Shown in pieces: positions 25,901 through 34,734 of a stretch of DNA of 64,000 bases (the first letter of the stretch is position 1; every line of letters starts with the position of its first letter). The notes below the pieces were generated by a model. It was given only the letters and a program-made list of their open reading frames with translations. It was not told where the DNA came from and made no database searches. The translations under genes and the position numbers were made by a program. Where the stretch lies: positions 11,063-75,062 of the IMG/VR virus record IMGVR_UViG_3300028920_001037; one strand, given 5' to 3'. This stretch comes from a virus.

Positions 25901-28012
25901 TGAGCTAGACTCAGAAGAACTAGAAGATTCCGAACTACTACTAGATGATTCACTTGAGCTAGATGACTCTGATGATGAACTAGAACTTGATTCAGAAGAA
26001 CTAGAAGATTCAGATGAGGAACTAGATGATTCAGAACTAGAACTTGACTCACTAGAACTACTTGATTCTGAACTTGAACTTGATGACTCAGAAGAACTAC
26101 TAGACTCCGATGAGCTTGATGATGAACTTTCTGAACTTGAGCTTGACTCAGAACTAGAACTACTTGACTCACTTGAGCTAGATGACTCTGATGATGAACT
26201 AGAACTTGACTCACTAGAACTACTTGACTCAGAGCTAGAACTTGAAGATTCCGATGAACTACTTGATTCAGAACTACTACTTGACTCTGATGAAGAACTT
26301 GATGATTCAGAACTACTACTTGATTCAGATGAACTAGAACTTGACGACTCAGAAGAACTACTTGACTCCGATGAGCTAGAACTCGATTCTGATGAAGAAC
26401 TTGATTCAGAACTACTACTTGACTCAGAAGAACTAGAACTTGACTCGCTAGAGCTACTAGATTCACTAGAACTTGATGATGAACTTTCAGAACTAGAACT
26501 AGACTCAGAAGAACTAGAACTTGATTCAGAACTACTACTTGACTCACTAGAACTACTTGACTCAGAACTTGAGCTACTTGATTCTGATGAGCTAGATGAT
26601 TCTGATGAAGAACTAGAACTTGATTCACTTGAGCTAGATGATTCTGATGAACTAGAACTCGATTCTGATGAACTACTTGACTCTGATGAACTAGAAGATT
26701 CACTACTTGAACTTGATGATTCAGAACTAGAGCTTGACTCGGAAGAACTAGATGACGAACTTTCAGAACTAGAACTAGACTCACTTGAGCTACTGCTTGA
26801 TTCTGAACTGCTACTTGATTCTGAACTTGAACTTGATTCTGATGAGCTACTGCTTGACTCAGATGAGCTACTTGATTCAGATGAACTAGAAGAAGAACTT
26901 TCAGAACTAGAGCTTGACTCAGAACTAGAGCTACTCGATTGACTAGAACTTGATGACTCAGAGGAACTACTAGATTCAGACGAGCTAGAACTTGATTCTG
27001 ATGAAGAACTAGATTCCGAACTGCTACTTGACTCAGAAGAACTAGAACTTGACTCGGAACTACTGCTAGATTCACTAGAACTAGATGAAGATGATTCGGA
27101 ACTAGAACTTGATTCAGAACTACTGCTTGAACTTGACTCACTAGAACTGCTTGACTCCGATGACGAGCTTGATGACTCAGAAGAGCTACTTGATTCTGAT
27201 GAAGAACTCGATGAACTCGATTCACTCGAACTTGACTCGCTTGAACTTGATTCAGATGAAGAACTTGACGAACTTGACTCGCTTGAACTTGATTCAGATG
27301 AAGAACTTGACGAACTCGATTCAGAACTTGAAGAATCTGCTGAAGCAATTTCAGGTCCTCCCTCGCTTACAAATGTCGGGCCACCACCAGCAGTAAAATT
27401 ACCACCACTACCCATATTAGTGGTTCCCTGCGCTTCAATATAAACAATAGGGGAATAACCACTTCCTGCGGTTGCAGGGGCTTTACCACTTAAATAGAAA
27501 AGGTCTCTGTTTGAAGATTGGGAAAGGTCAATATATGTACCATGTATCTCCCATATTTCAGAAAGAGAACCTTTGAAGTCCTTTGTTACATTCGGAGCAG
27601 TACCAATGGAGTAGTTAATATATTTAAGGTCAATGGTATCATTTGTATATGTGATGACGTTTAGCTCATCAACACCATCAACATACAGATGCCGTTTGCT
27701 TGTGTCAGACATATCCACTGAAAACATGAAGTGATGCCATGCAGTATCAGTAAATGTGGATGTGCTTTTTAATTGAAGAATAGTACTACCAGAGGAATTT
27801 TTACCTATAATCTCTATTTTATCATCTGTTTGAAGTGATACAATTCCTCTTGCATTGTTACCGCATAGACGTGCCAAAACACCATGATTACCATCACGCT
27901 TAAACCACAAAGATACAGTCCACAGCTTACTATCAGCATCACCTGTAAGAGTACCACCCCTTACATACCTATCATTTACACCATCGTAATATACTGTATC
28001 TTTGAAAGCCAT
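22928..28012 (-). CDS. Giant serine-rich protein: N-terminal LamG/ConA-like domain, about 1240-aa Ser/Glu tract, C-terminal beta-rich domain
   Basis: WTVSLWFK, WHH, LYVDG, FKGSLSEI; continuous S(n)E repeats; second short Ser tract near the C-terminus. Confidence 0.8.
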   Translation of the reverse strand: MAFKDTVYYDGVNDRYVRGGTLTGDADSKLWTVSLWFKRDGNHGVLARLCGNNARGIVSLQTDDKIEIIGKNSSGSTILQLKSTSTFTDTAWHHFMFSVDMSDTSKRHLYVDGVDELNVITYTNDTIDLKYINYSIGTAPNVTKDFKGSLSEIWEIHGTYIDLSQSSNRDLFYLSGKAPATAGSGYSPIVYIEAQGTTNMGSGGNFTAGGGPTFVSEGGPEIASADSSSSESSSSSSSSESSSSESSSSSSSSESSSSESSSSESSSSSSSSESSSSSESSSSSSESSSSSESSSSSSSESSSSSESSSSSSSESSSSSESSSSSSESSSSSESSSSSESSSSSSESSSSSESSSSSQSSSSSSESSSSSESSSSSSSESSSSSESSSSSSESSSSSESSSSSESSSSSSESSSSSESSSSSSSESSSSSESSSSSSESSSSSESSSSSESSSSSSESSSSSESSSSSSSESSSSSESSSSSSESSSSSESSSSSESSSSSSESSSSSESSSSSSSESSSSSESSSSSSESSSSSESSSSSESSSSSSESSSSSESSSSSSSESSSSSESSSSSSESSSSSESSSSSESSSSSSESSSSSESSSSSSSESSSSSESSSSSSESSSSSESSSSSSSESSSSSESSSSSSESSSSSESSSSSESSSSSSESSSSSESSSSSSSESSSSSESSSSSSESSSSSESSSSSSSESSSSSESSSSSSESSSSSESSSSSSSESSSSSESSSSSSESSSSSESSSSSESSSSSSESSSSSESSSSSSSESSSSSESSSSSSESSSSSESSSSSSSESSSSSESSSSSSSESSSSSESSSSSSESSSSSESSSSSSSESSSSSESSSSSSESSSSSESSSSSESSSSSSESSSSSESSSSSSESSSSSESSSSSSSESSSSSESSSSSSESSSSSESSSSSESSSSSSESSSSSESSSSSSSESSSSSESSSSSSESSSSSESSSSSESSSSSESSSSSSESSSSSESSSSSSSESSSSSESSSSSSESSSSSESSSSSESSSSSSESSSSSESSSSSSSESSSSSESSSSSSESSSSSESSSSSESSSSSSESSSSSESSSSSSSESSSSSESSSSSSESSSSSESSSSSSSESSSSSESSSSSSESSSSSESSSSSESSSSSSESSSSSESSSSSESSSSSSESSSSSESSSSSESSSSSSESSSSSESSSSSESSSSSSSESSSSSESSSSSSESSSSSESSSSSSSESSSSSESSSSSSESSSSSSSESSSSSESSSSSESSSSSSESSSSSESSSSSSESSSSSESSSSSESSSSSSESSSSSESSSSESSSSSESSSSSESSSSSSESSSSSESSSSESSSSSESSSSESSSSESSSSSESSSSESSSSSESSSSESSSSSESSSSESSSSSESSSSESSSSSESSSSSESSSSESSSSSESSSSESSSSSESSSSESSSSSESSSSEADNWWNPSSLNVVVGSILAGQLSDVYKESSSNNLVLGETSGTPGFVYDFKYGEYDDVPSTDIILNFTGYYDGSPSHNVKLKQWNYTLSQWDDVTSATTDFPDASSPYTSAFSLLDSSDYLSAGDIILRIDHESTGSQFHEFYISKLYLELAQESSSESSSSSESSSSESSSSSSESSSSSSSSESSSSSESSSSESSSSSESSSSESSESSSSSGAVVSLNNRVMMLN
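23615..27336 (-). repeat. Low-complexity coding repeat (Ser3-7-Glu)n with mixed synonymous codons
   Basis: Only Ser and Glu (one Gln) over about 3.7 kb; TCN and AGY codons intermixed. Confidence 0.9.
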
Positions 28013-28065
28013 AGAATCTATCCTATATAAGAATAGTTTTAATTAAATAATAATTTACTTGACTG

Positions 28066-29124
28066 TTACTTTGTAAATGTTAAAGTTACAGCAAGTCCAT
28101 TTGGAGGAGTTACGTTGACAGAATCTACATCAATATACAGTTGGTCTCCAGTATTAACATCATCATTAGAAGTATCTATTACTCCATCTCTAGCAAAATA
28201 TTCACCATTTGATAATGTAATAGGAGTGGATAACATATCTACATCAGAACCACTTCTTTTTCTACGAATTTGTATATCTGTAGTACTTCCACCAGAACCC
28301 GCATCATATACAGTTGCTACTGCATCTGTCAATTTCCACCCATTAATTTCTAATGGAACTCCGAATGCAATAGTACCATTTCCAGTTGAAATAGCCTGTG
28401 TAGACTCAAAAGGAGTTATACAAACAGATTTTGTATGAGTATGGTCGTCTAATGTATCAAAAGATTTTTGAATAGTATTATCGGCCGATGTAAGAATATC
28501 ATCAAAATTATTTGTATCTACACTAGCTGATTTTGCTCTACTAGTTATTAATCTAATGGTATCATTTTCACCAAGACCGCCACCAAGAAATCCACTTTTA
28601 ACGGTCATCAAATTCTGTTCAATAAAACTTAAAAATTCTCTTTTAAGGTCTTCATTTCCAGATAATAACTTCAGAAAACTTTCAACCGTCATTTTACCGG
28701 CTTTACCAGTCTTACCAGGTTTTCCATTCTTACCATCTTTACCCGGTGGTCCTGGTGGGCCTTGTGGGCCTTGTGGGCCTTCGGTTACTAAACCATCTTT
28801 ACCCGGTGGTCCTGGTGGGCCTTGTGGGCCTGTTATAGAAAGTCCATCTTTACCAGGCGGACCTTGTTCTCCCTTAATTTTTTGTATAAAATCTTCGTGA
28901 GTATTAAGAAATTCTATAATAAAGTTTAAATCATTCTCTGTAAGAAGTGTTTTGCCTTTTAAATCTTCTCGGCCCTCTTTTATAAGAAAATAATCTAAAA
29001 TGTCTTTTCTTACATTTTTAATTAATAATTCTTCTAGTGGAACACTTTCAAGAGATGATATTTCTTTTTTGCGGAGAAACTTTATTATTTGATCTCTCTC
29101 AAATTTTGGTATTCTTTTTTTCAT
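28066..29124 (-). CDS. Collagen-like (Gly-X-Y) structural/fibre protein
   Basis: [10 protein letters not shown]...[13 protein letters not shown]...[10 protein letters not shown]; near-duplicated DNA at about 28732-28830; beta-rich C-terminus. Confidence 0.75.
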   Translation of the reverse strand: MKKRIPKFERDQIIKFLRKKEISSLESVPLEELLIKNVRKDILDYFLIKEGREDLKGKTLLTENDLNFIIEFLNTHEDFIQKIKGEQGPPGKDGLSITGPQGPPGPPGKDGLVTEGPQGPQGPPGPPGKDGKNGKPGKTGKAGKMTVESFLKLLSGNEDLKREFLSFIEQNLMTVKSGFLGGGLGENDTIRLITSRAKSASVDTNNFDDILTSADNTIQKSFDTLDDHTHTKSVCITPFESTQAISTGNGTIAFGVPLEINGWKLTDAVATVYDAGSGGSTTDIQIRRKRSGSDVDMLSTPITLSNGEYFARDGVIDTSNDDVNTGDQLYIDVDSVNVTPPNGLAVTLTFTK

Positions 29125-29133
29125 AATGCAAAA

Positions 29134-29439
29134 TTAGACCATTTGTTGAAGTCTTGTAAGTGCTTCTTCTGACTCAAGATACTGATTACCCTTCTCTGTA
29201 ATTTCTTTCTCTTTAAGATATTCAAAAGCATTAAGCTCTTCAATGGCTTCTGCATATTTTTGCTCATCAAGATTTTCACCATTTGCCTTAACAACCAAGG
29301 CTACAAGTGCATTATCACTAAGCTCGCTTCTTAATAAAACATGCTTTTTAATAATGTTTTTAAGCTCTGGATTCTCTTGAAGAATATTAACTTTGGGTGT
29401 ATCTTTTGTGGCTCTGAAATTTTTAAAATTAGTTTTCAT
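29134..29439 (-). CDS. Hypothetical late protein
   Basis: GGAGGAG RBS; downstream of a late box. Confidence 0.6.
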   Translation of the reverse strand: MKTNFKNFRATKDTPKVNILQENPELKNIIKKHVLLRSELSDNALVALVVKANGENLDEQKYAEAIEELNAFEYLKEKEITEKGNQYLESEEALTRLQQMV

Positions 29440-29493
29440 TGAAACTCCTCCAGAATTTGTTATAAATTAAATACTTATATAGTACCTCTATTA

Positions 29494-29501
29494 TATTTAT
29501 A
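29494..29501 (-). promoter_or_regulatory. T4-type late promoter
   Basis: TATAAATA heading the collagen and Ser-rich genes. Confidence 0.65.
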
Positions 29502-29505
29502 ATTT

Positions 29506-29853
29506 TTAATCTAACCTTCCACCAACAGTTCTTCTTATAATATCAGGACCTTCCATAGATACCCAGTAAATCTCATAAACAACTGAATCTTTATTAGCCT
29601 TAAATTTGTGTATAAGTTTTGGTGGAACAGTTGATTGGTCAAAAGCCTTCAAGACTGTAGTTTCATTAATGCCGTTTTCCTGGAATATAGTAACTTCTAT
29701 TTCACCACTCTCTACAAAGAATTGATTATACTTATAGTCATGGAAATGTTCACTACAATATCCACCTTTATCTATTTCTATTCGGTGGATTTCTACATTG
29801 TTAAGTTCAAATATTTTACTTGTTATTCCCCAAATTTTTGATTGTTTAACCAT
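29506..29853 (-). CDS. Cupin (sugar isomerase-like)
   Basis: KIWG, CSEH.H..K...F.V.SG, VPP...H.F, DI.R. Confidence 0.75.
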   Translation of the reverse strand: MVKQSKIWGITSKIFELNNVEIHRIEIDKGGYCSEHFHDYKYNQFFVESGEIEVTIFQENGINETTVLKAFDQSTVPPKLIHKFKANKDSVVYEIYWVSMEGPDIIRRTVGGRLD

Positions 29854-30719
29854 TATAAACTCCTTTTTTCCAATATTCTGGTAACTTTAATAGCAGTATC
29901 AACATTTGATAAATATTTATTATCTAATAAATCTTTAAAATATTCCATCGAATTTTTAAGGTTATTTTTTTCATCATACATCAAACCCTTTTTATCAGTT
30001 ATTAAATCTTCTGAAAGATCCTTATACGTTTTATCATACCAAGTTATCATCAATGGTATATCATCTAATGGATTATATCTAGCAAAAGCTTTAGTTCCAT
30101 AAAAATTAATATTGAAATCCTTTTTATAATAATCTAAACTTACATTTATTTTTACAGTTACTTTTTTATTTTTACAGGTAATAGACCCTGTTGTACAAAT
30201 ATTATTATTAAACATATAATCATCAAACTTATATTCAAATGAATTCAAATCAAAAAACATATCCAATACGGATAAATGATGTGAAGCCAGTAACCAATAA
30301 ACATCAAACTCCATAAATCTGCCAAGATGTTTAGTTGACATTTCAATATATTTAATCTGACCAATATCATATTTTGAAAATTCTAATAAACACTTTGAAA
30401 ACATTTGTGTATATTCAACTGCCAACTTCAATTGTTTTTCTTTAGCTATTTCTTTAAGCTCTATAGCTTCGTTTAAATGTAAACTAATAGGTTTCTCAAC
30501 ATAAACATTTTTTCCGTTTAATAAAGCTTCTTTAGTTAATTTATAATGTGTATCTATTGGTGTTGCTATAATGACAGATTCAACTTCATTATCTTTCCAT
30601 ATTTGATTAAGATCAAATTTAGAATTAGCTATATACTTAACATCAAAAGATACATACATATAATTTAATATTTTACTGCCCCAATATCCACATCCAATTA
30701 AGGCTATTTTACTTTTCAT
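29853..30719 (-). CDS. Gfo/Idh/MocA oxidoreductase
   Basis: IGCGYWG, IATP..TH, VEKP, LASH. Confidence 0.85.
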   Translation of the reverse strand: MKSKIALIGCGYWGSKILNYMYVSFDVKYIANSKFDLNQIWKDNEVESVIIATPIDTHYKLTKEALLNGKNVYVEKPISLHLNEAIELKEIAKEKQLKLAVEYTQMFSKCLLEFSKYDIGQIKYIEMSTKHLGRFMEFDVYWLLASHHLSVLDMFFDLNSFEYKFDDYMFNNNICTTGSITCKNKKVTVKINVSLDYYKKDFNINFYGTKAFARYNPLDDIPLMITWYDKTYKDLSEDLITDKKGLMYDEKNNLKNSMEYFKDLLDNKYLSNVDTAIKVTRILEKRSL

Positions 30720-31642
30720 AATTCTTCTATTATCCTTTTAAACTGTTCAAACCTATGATACTCTGTATGATTTTCTAAAACAAACTTTTTACCATTCTCT
30801 CTTATATGTTCATAATCTTCTGGATGATTTATAATATCTTTAATTGTTTTTTCAAGATTTTCCTCATTAACTTCTACATAATTGACTGATGGTATAAACC
30901 CAAGTTTCTTCATGTCTTCACATGTATCTGATAATAAAATAGAACCTGTGGATGGTATTTCAAAGTTTTTTCTAACCGTATATTTATAAATTGAACAAGA
31001 CGATAAACAACACAAATATTTATGTAAATGACTTACATAATCATATTTAATTAATGGTTTTTTGGTAAACTTAGGAGTTTTTAAAATATCAATTAAATTG
31101 TCTTTACTTAAATATTTTGAAGCAAAGAATCTTAAAGGATAATATTTTTTTCTTATTGCTCCAGATATAAGACATTTATTTATTGGATTTATATTCTCTG
31201 GCATTTTTTTTACAAAATCTGAAAGACTTAAAAATTGTGGTATCCACTCAGCCTTTTCAATAAATTGCGGCCATCTGTTTTTAAAAGCTTCATCATATGT
31301 ATATACTATTTTATCACATCTTTCCATTAACTTAGAAAATCGTTTTCTCCTTGTTTTTGTTGACGCTGTTCTATGCATATCTACAAAATATCCAATAACT
31401 TTAATATTTTTAGGAAGATTAAAAACAATATCTTCACTCTGAAAAACTTTAAGATGACTAGGAAATCTAAAAGTTATAACAACATCATAATCATATAATT
31501 TTTTAAAACTATCAGCATCTTGCCATATAATTCTTTCAAATCCTAAATTTTTCTCTATTAATTCAAATAATGGAACATATGCTCCATATCCACAATATCC
31601 ACTGCCACCACGCAAATTAGGAATAAATATACAACCTTTCAT
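30716..31642 (-). CDS. GT-B glycosyltransferase (CgeB/Glyco_trans_1_2-like)
   Basis: YPLR, K.FEIP..G.ILL, G..FVLENHT..HR. Confidence 0.72.
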   Translation of the reverse strand: MKGCIFIPNLRGGSGYCGYGAYVPLFELIEKNLGFERIIWQDADSFKKLYDYDVVITFRFPSHLKVFQSEDIVFNLPKNIKVIGYFVDMHRTASTKTRRKRFSKLMERCDKIVYTYDEAFKNRWPQFIEKAEWIPQFLSLSDFVKKMPENINPINKCLISGAIRKKYYPLRFFASKYLSKDNLIDILKTPKFTKKPLIKYDYVSHLHKYLCCLSSCSIYKYTVRKNFEIPSTGSILLSDTCEDMKKLGFIPSVNYVEVNEENLEKTIKDIINHPEDYEHIRENGKKFVLENHTEYHRFEQFKRIIEEL

Positions 31643-31658
31643 TTATTAATCTCTCCTT

Positions 31659-32381
31659 TTATCTTTGCATATTAATATTAAATTCTTTATCAATAATTCT
31701 ATAATGTTCAATATGAATAACTGCTGATAAATCAAAAACAAGTTTTCTTTCTCCAATTCTATTTCTAAATCTTTTATCACTTCTAGTTCCCATAAATCCC
31801 ATTGGTTTATCTCCATAATAATCTGGTCTTACATAAAAACCTTTACCTTTATCAAGTATAACTTTTTTTCTAACTAATTGAGCACCTCCATTAGGAACTT
31901 TTCTCTTATATACTTTAGTAATACCAAACGATTTTGCAACATCATAAGCGGAATCAATATACATTTTAAAACAATCAAAAAATTCATTAGCATTCTTTAA
32001 TTTAGTATGAGCAGTTAAAGGAAAACCGATTACTCCTTGAAACTTAGGATCAAGATAATTTTTCATTCCTTTTAAAAAATATGGATCATATATAAGATCA
32101 CTATCATTAAAAAATAACCATTCTTCTGTTGAATTTTTTACTTGTATATTTCTAATTAAACCTCTTGTTTTTAATTCTTCATCATAAGGTGTAAGTTTAA
32201 ACTTCAATCCTTTTTGTTCATAAAATTTTACTATAGTTTCTATATCTGGACTTCCAATACCTTTAACATAAGCTACATTAATTATAAAATCTGGTGGGTC
32301 TATTTGTTGAACTAAAGATGAAAGTTGCATAACCCATCTTCTTTGAAAATTAGTACATACTGTACATATTTCAATTGTCAT
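31659..32381 (-). CDS. GT2-like glycosyltransferase
   Basis: RN......EWLFFNDSD (DxD), D..F, HIEH. Confidence 0.7.
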   Translation of the reverse strand: MTIEICTVCTNFQRRWVMQLSSLVQQIDPPDFIINVAYVKGIGSPDIETIVKFYEQKGLKFKLTPYDEELKTRGLIRNIQVKNSTEEWLFFNDSDLIYDPYFLKGMKNYLDPKFQGVIGFPLTAHTKLKNANEFFDCFKMYIDSAYDVAKSFGITKVYKRKVPNGGAQLVRKKVILDKGKGFYVRPDYYGDKPMGFMGTRSDKRFRNRIGERKLVFDLSAVIHIEHYRIIDKEFNINMQR

Positions 32382-33342
32382 TTTGCTCTTTTCCTTTTTG
32401 CAACAAATCAGTTAATATTTTATCATAAAAATTTAAAAATTTTTCTGGGTTACTTCTTATTTCACCTTTCCAAGCATGATAATGAGCAGATTTATTATCT
32501 ACCCAAACATTTTTTCTATGAATATCTTTATAATATTTTTCTGTATTAATAATATTTCTATCCATCAATCTTAAATCAAGTTCTTCTGCATGTTCAGGAA
32601 ATTTTTTTCTTATTGTTTGTATAAATTTAGAATCTGCATGTGGAAGTCTCCAAAAATTTTCATACCAAAGAGGAAGATAAATTTCTCTATATTTTTTCAT
32701 ATTAAAAACAACTAGCCCAACACTTACATTAGAATCATCATAATAATTTGTTAGACAAAAAGTTTCTGTATTTTTATTAATTTCTTCTTGAATATAATCT
32801 GTACATTCGTTTGTACAAACTGTATCTATATCAGACATTATTGCATATGGAGTCCTAACATAATTTAAACCATGATATTTTGCACGATAACCAAGTCCAA
32901 GCATAGAAACAGTTGGATTAACAGATAAACCACTTCTGTGCAAAGAAACATATTTATTACTTAAATAATTATAACTATTACTTACATGATCAATTTTAAG
33001 TTTAATCGGTTCTGGTACTTTTAAAAAATCTAAATTAAAATCTTCAAATAAATTTAAAAGATATTTTGGAAAAAGTTGAAATTTTCTTTCTGGATCTCTT
33101 CTAATAGAACGAGTATCTGTTGGAACATCCCATCCACAAATAATTTTTGGAACAGTTTTTTCATTAATAATAATACTTGACATTAAAGCTGCACCTTGAG
33201 CCTGTAAATCTTCAAAATCTGTTCGTCCTTTAATAATACCAAAAGTCCAAGAAAGATTATTATTTATTGGTTTATCCAGTTGATTTGCAATCTTCCAAAT
33301 CTCTTTTATCTTTTCATTAAAGTTTTCTGAAATAATTCCCAT
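32371..33342 (-). CDS. GT-A (GT8-like) glycosyltransferase
   Basis: MSDIDT DxD, SVGLVVFN, D, HYH. Confidence 0.55.
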   Translation of the reverse strand: MGIISENFNEKIKEIWKIANQLDKPINNNLSWTFGIIKGRTDFEDLQAQGAALMSSIIINEKTVPKIICGWDVPTDTRSIRRDPERKFQLFPKYLLNLFEDFNLDFLKVPEPIKLKIDHVSNSYNYLSNKYVSLHRSGLSVNPTVSMLGLGYRAKYHGLNYVRTPYAIMSDIDTVCTNECTDYIQEEINKNTETFCLTNYYDDSNVSVGLVVFNMKKYREIYLPLWYENFWRLPHADSKFIQTIRKKFPEHAEELDLRLMDRNIINTEKYYKDIHRKNVWVDNKSAHYHAWKGEIRSNPEKFLNFYDKILTDLLQKGKEQNDN

Positions 33343-34734
33343 TTAATTTCCTTTTATATTGTTTAATGCTTTTTTCCAACTCTCACTAATTTCTTCAACA
33401 TTAGTTGTATGTTTGCTTTTACAATTACTATGACCACAATATTTACATATGCTTTGTATTTGTTTTAATAAATTTTCTGATGTTATATCTTCAAATTTTT
33501 TAACTGCAATATCCATTTGAAATATTTTTGCTAATGAAGCTCCAGCACCACAAACAAAATATCCATTTGGCGTTAGGGCTATTCCACAACGCCAAGGAAT
33601 TGAACAAGCCTTTATTTCTGTTTCACCATTATCTATCGGAGCAGAATTATAAGAATCAAAAGATTGTTCCTTACTTTTTTTATTAGAATTTCTTATACTA
33701 ACCCAATTAGGTATTTCTTTTAACTTTTCAGTAACATATTTACCTAATCCATTTGTACTAAATCTAATTTTACATTTTGGATTCCAATTCTTATATACTT
33801 TTATTATATCAAACATTTCTTTGAAATGTGGATAGTAAGTTGGTTCTCCACCTATAATATCTATACGCGACCATTTCTTACAGCTTTTGATTGATTTATC
33901 TACAAACTCTTCTATTTTATCTAATGGAATATATGATTTGTCTTTATATATTCCACAGTTCCTATCACAATTAAAACATCCCAATTGACAAAAAGATGTA
34001 ACTTCAAGTTGTATATTATCAAGTAAATGGTCTCTTAAATATTTATTATTACTATCAGCTGTAGCACAAACTCCTTCTCTTATTGCTTTCCATTTTCCAG
34101 AATGACCAACTCCACGCTTTCTAATATTTTTAGATCCCCAACTTCTATCAGTCATCCTATCTGCAAAATACCACAGAACAGTATCGTGACTCGGAACAGG
34201 AAGTCTATCTCCAAATTTGTTAGCTAATGTCTTTACAAATTCGGTTTTATGAAGGCAACATATACTCTGTATTCTTTTTTCTGTATATCGTTTTCCATAA
34301 TTACCTGTATCTTTACCTGTATAATATTTATCAAGTTGATTTATCCAGTATCCAGGTTTCGTATATCCCCATCTATGAGAAACAACATCATGTCTAAAAT
34401 CTTTCTTTACAAATACATCTTCAGCATTTGTAAAATATGTATCAGCATCAATTTTAACAAAGTAATCAGTCTTAATATATTTAGCTGAACCTAATATAAA
34501 AGATGATAGCATTAGTTCTCTAACATTATCATATTCGGGCATATCCCAATTAATAAATTCTACATCAAAATGATCTTTAACAAAATTAAGGGGTTGTAAA
34601 TTATCAAATCCATGGTGAAACAGAATTATTTTCTTATCTCTAAATTGTGGTTTAATATTCCAAGAAGGTAAACTCCATTTAAGTTTATCTATATAATTTG
34701 GTGTGCAGGCTGTTACTATTGTAAAATTCTTCAT
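33343..34734 (-). CDS. Glycosyltransferase (GT-A) fused to a radical SAM domain
   Basis: N-terminal KIDADT; C-terminal CQLGCFNC, GGEPT, STNG, and Cys cluster C..P..CG...C...CKYC. Confidence 0.75.
   Translation of the reverse strand: MKNFTIVTACTPNYIDKLKWSLPSWNIKPQFRDKKIILFHHGFDNLQPLNFVKDHFDVEFINWDMPEYDNVRELMLSSFILGSAKYIKTDYFVKIDADTYFTNAEDVFVKKDFRHDVVSHRWGYTKPGYWINQLDKYYTGKDTGNYGKRYTEKRIQSICCLHKTEFVKTLANKFGDRLPVPSHDTVLWYFADRMTDRSWGSKNIRKRGVGHSGKWKAIREGVCATADSNNKYLRDHLLDNIQLEVTSFCQLGCFNCDRNCGIYKDKSYIPLDKIEEFVDKSIKSCKKWSRIDIIGGEPTYYPHFKEMFDIIKVYKNWNPKCKIRFSTNGLGKYVTEKLKEIPNWVSIRNSNKKSKEQSFDSYNSAPIDNGETEIKACSIPWRCGIALTPNGYFVCGAGASLAKIFQMDIAVKKFEDITSENLLKQIQSICKYCGHSNCKSKHTTNVEEISESWKKALNNIKGN

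Noticed and set aside
23615-27336. Possible CRISPR array or DNA satellite
   Set aside because: No constant repeat with unique spacers; the periodicity is explained by Ser/Glu codons in an intact ORF.
23584-27348. 1254-aa overlapping ORF on the minus strand (LNQV/LSQV repeats)
   Set aside because: Shifted frame of the Ser/Glu tract: codons starting at position 2 of TCN, AGY or GAR begin with C, G or A and can never be stops, so the frame is open automatically.
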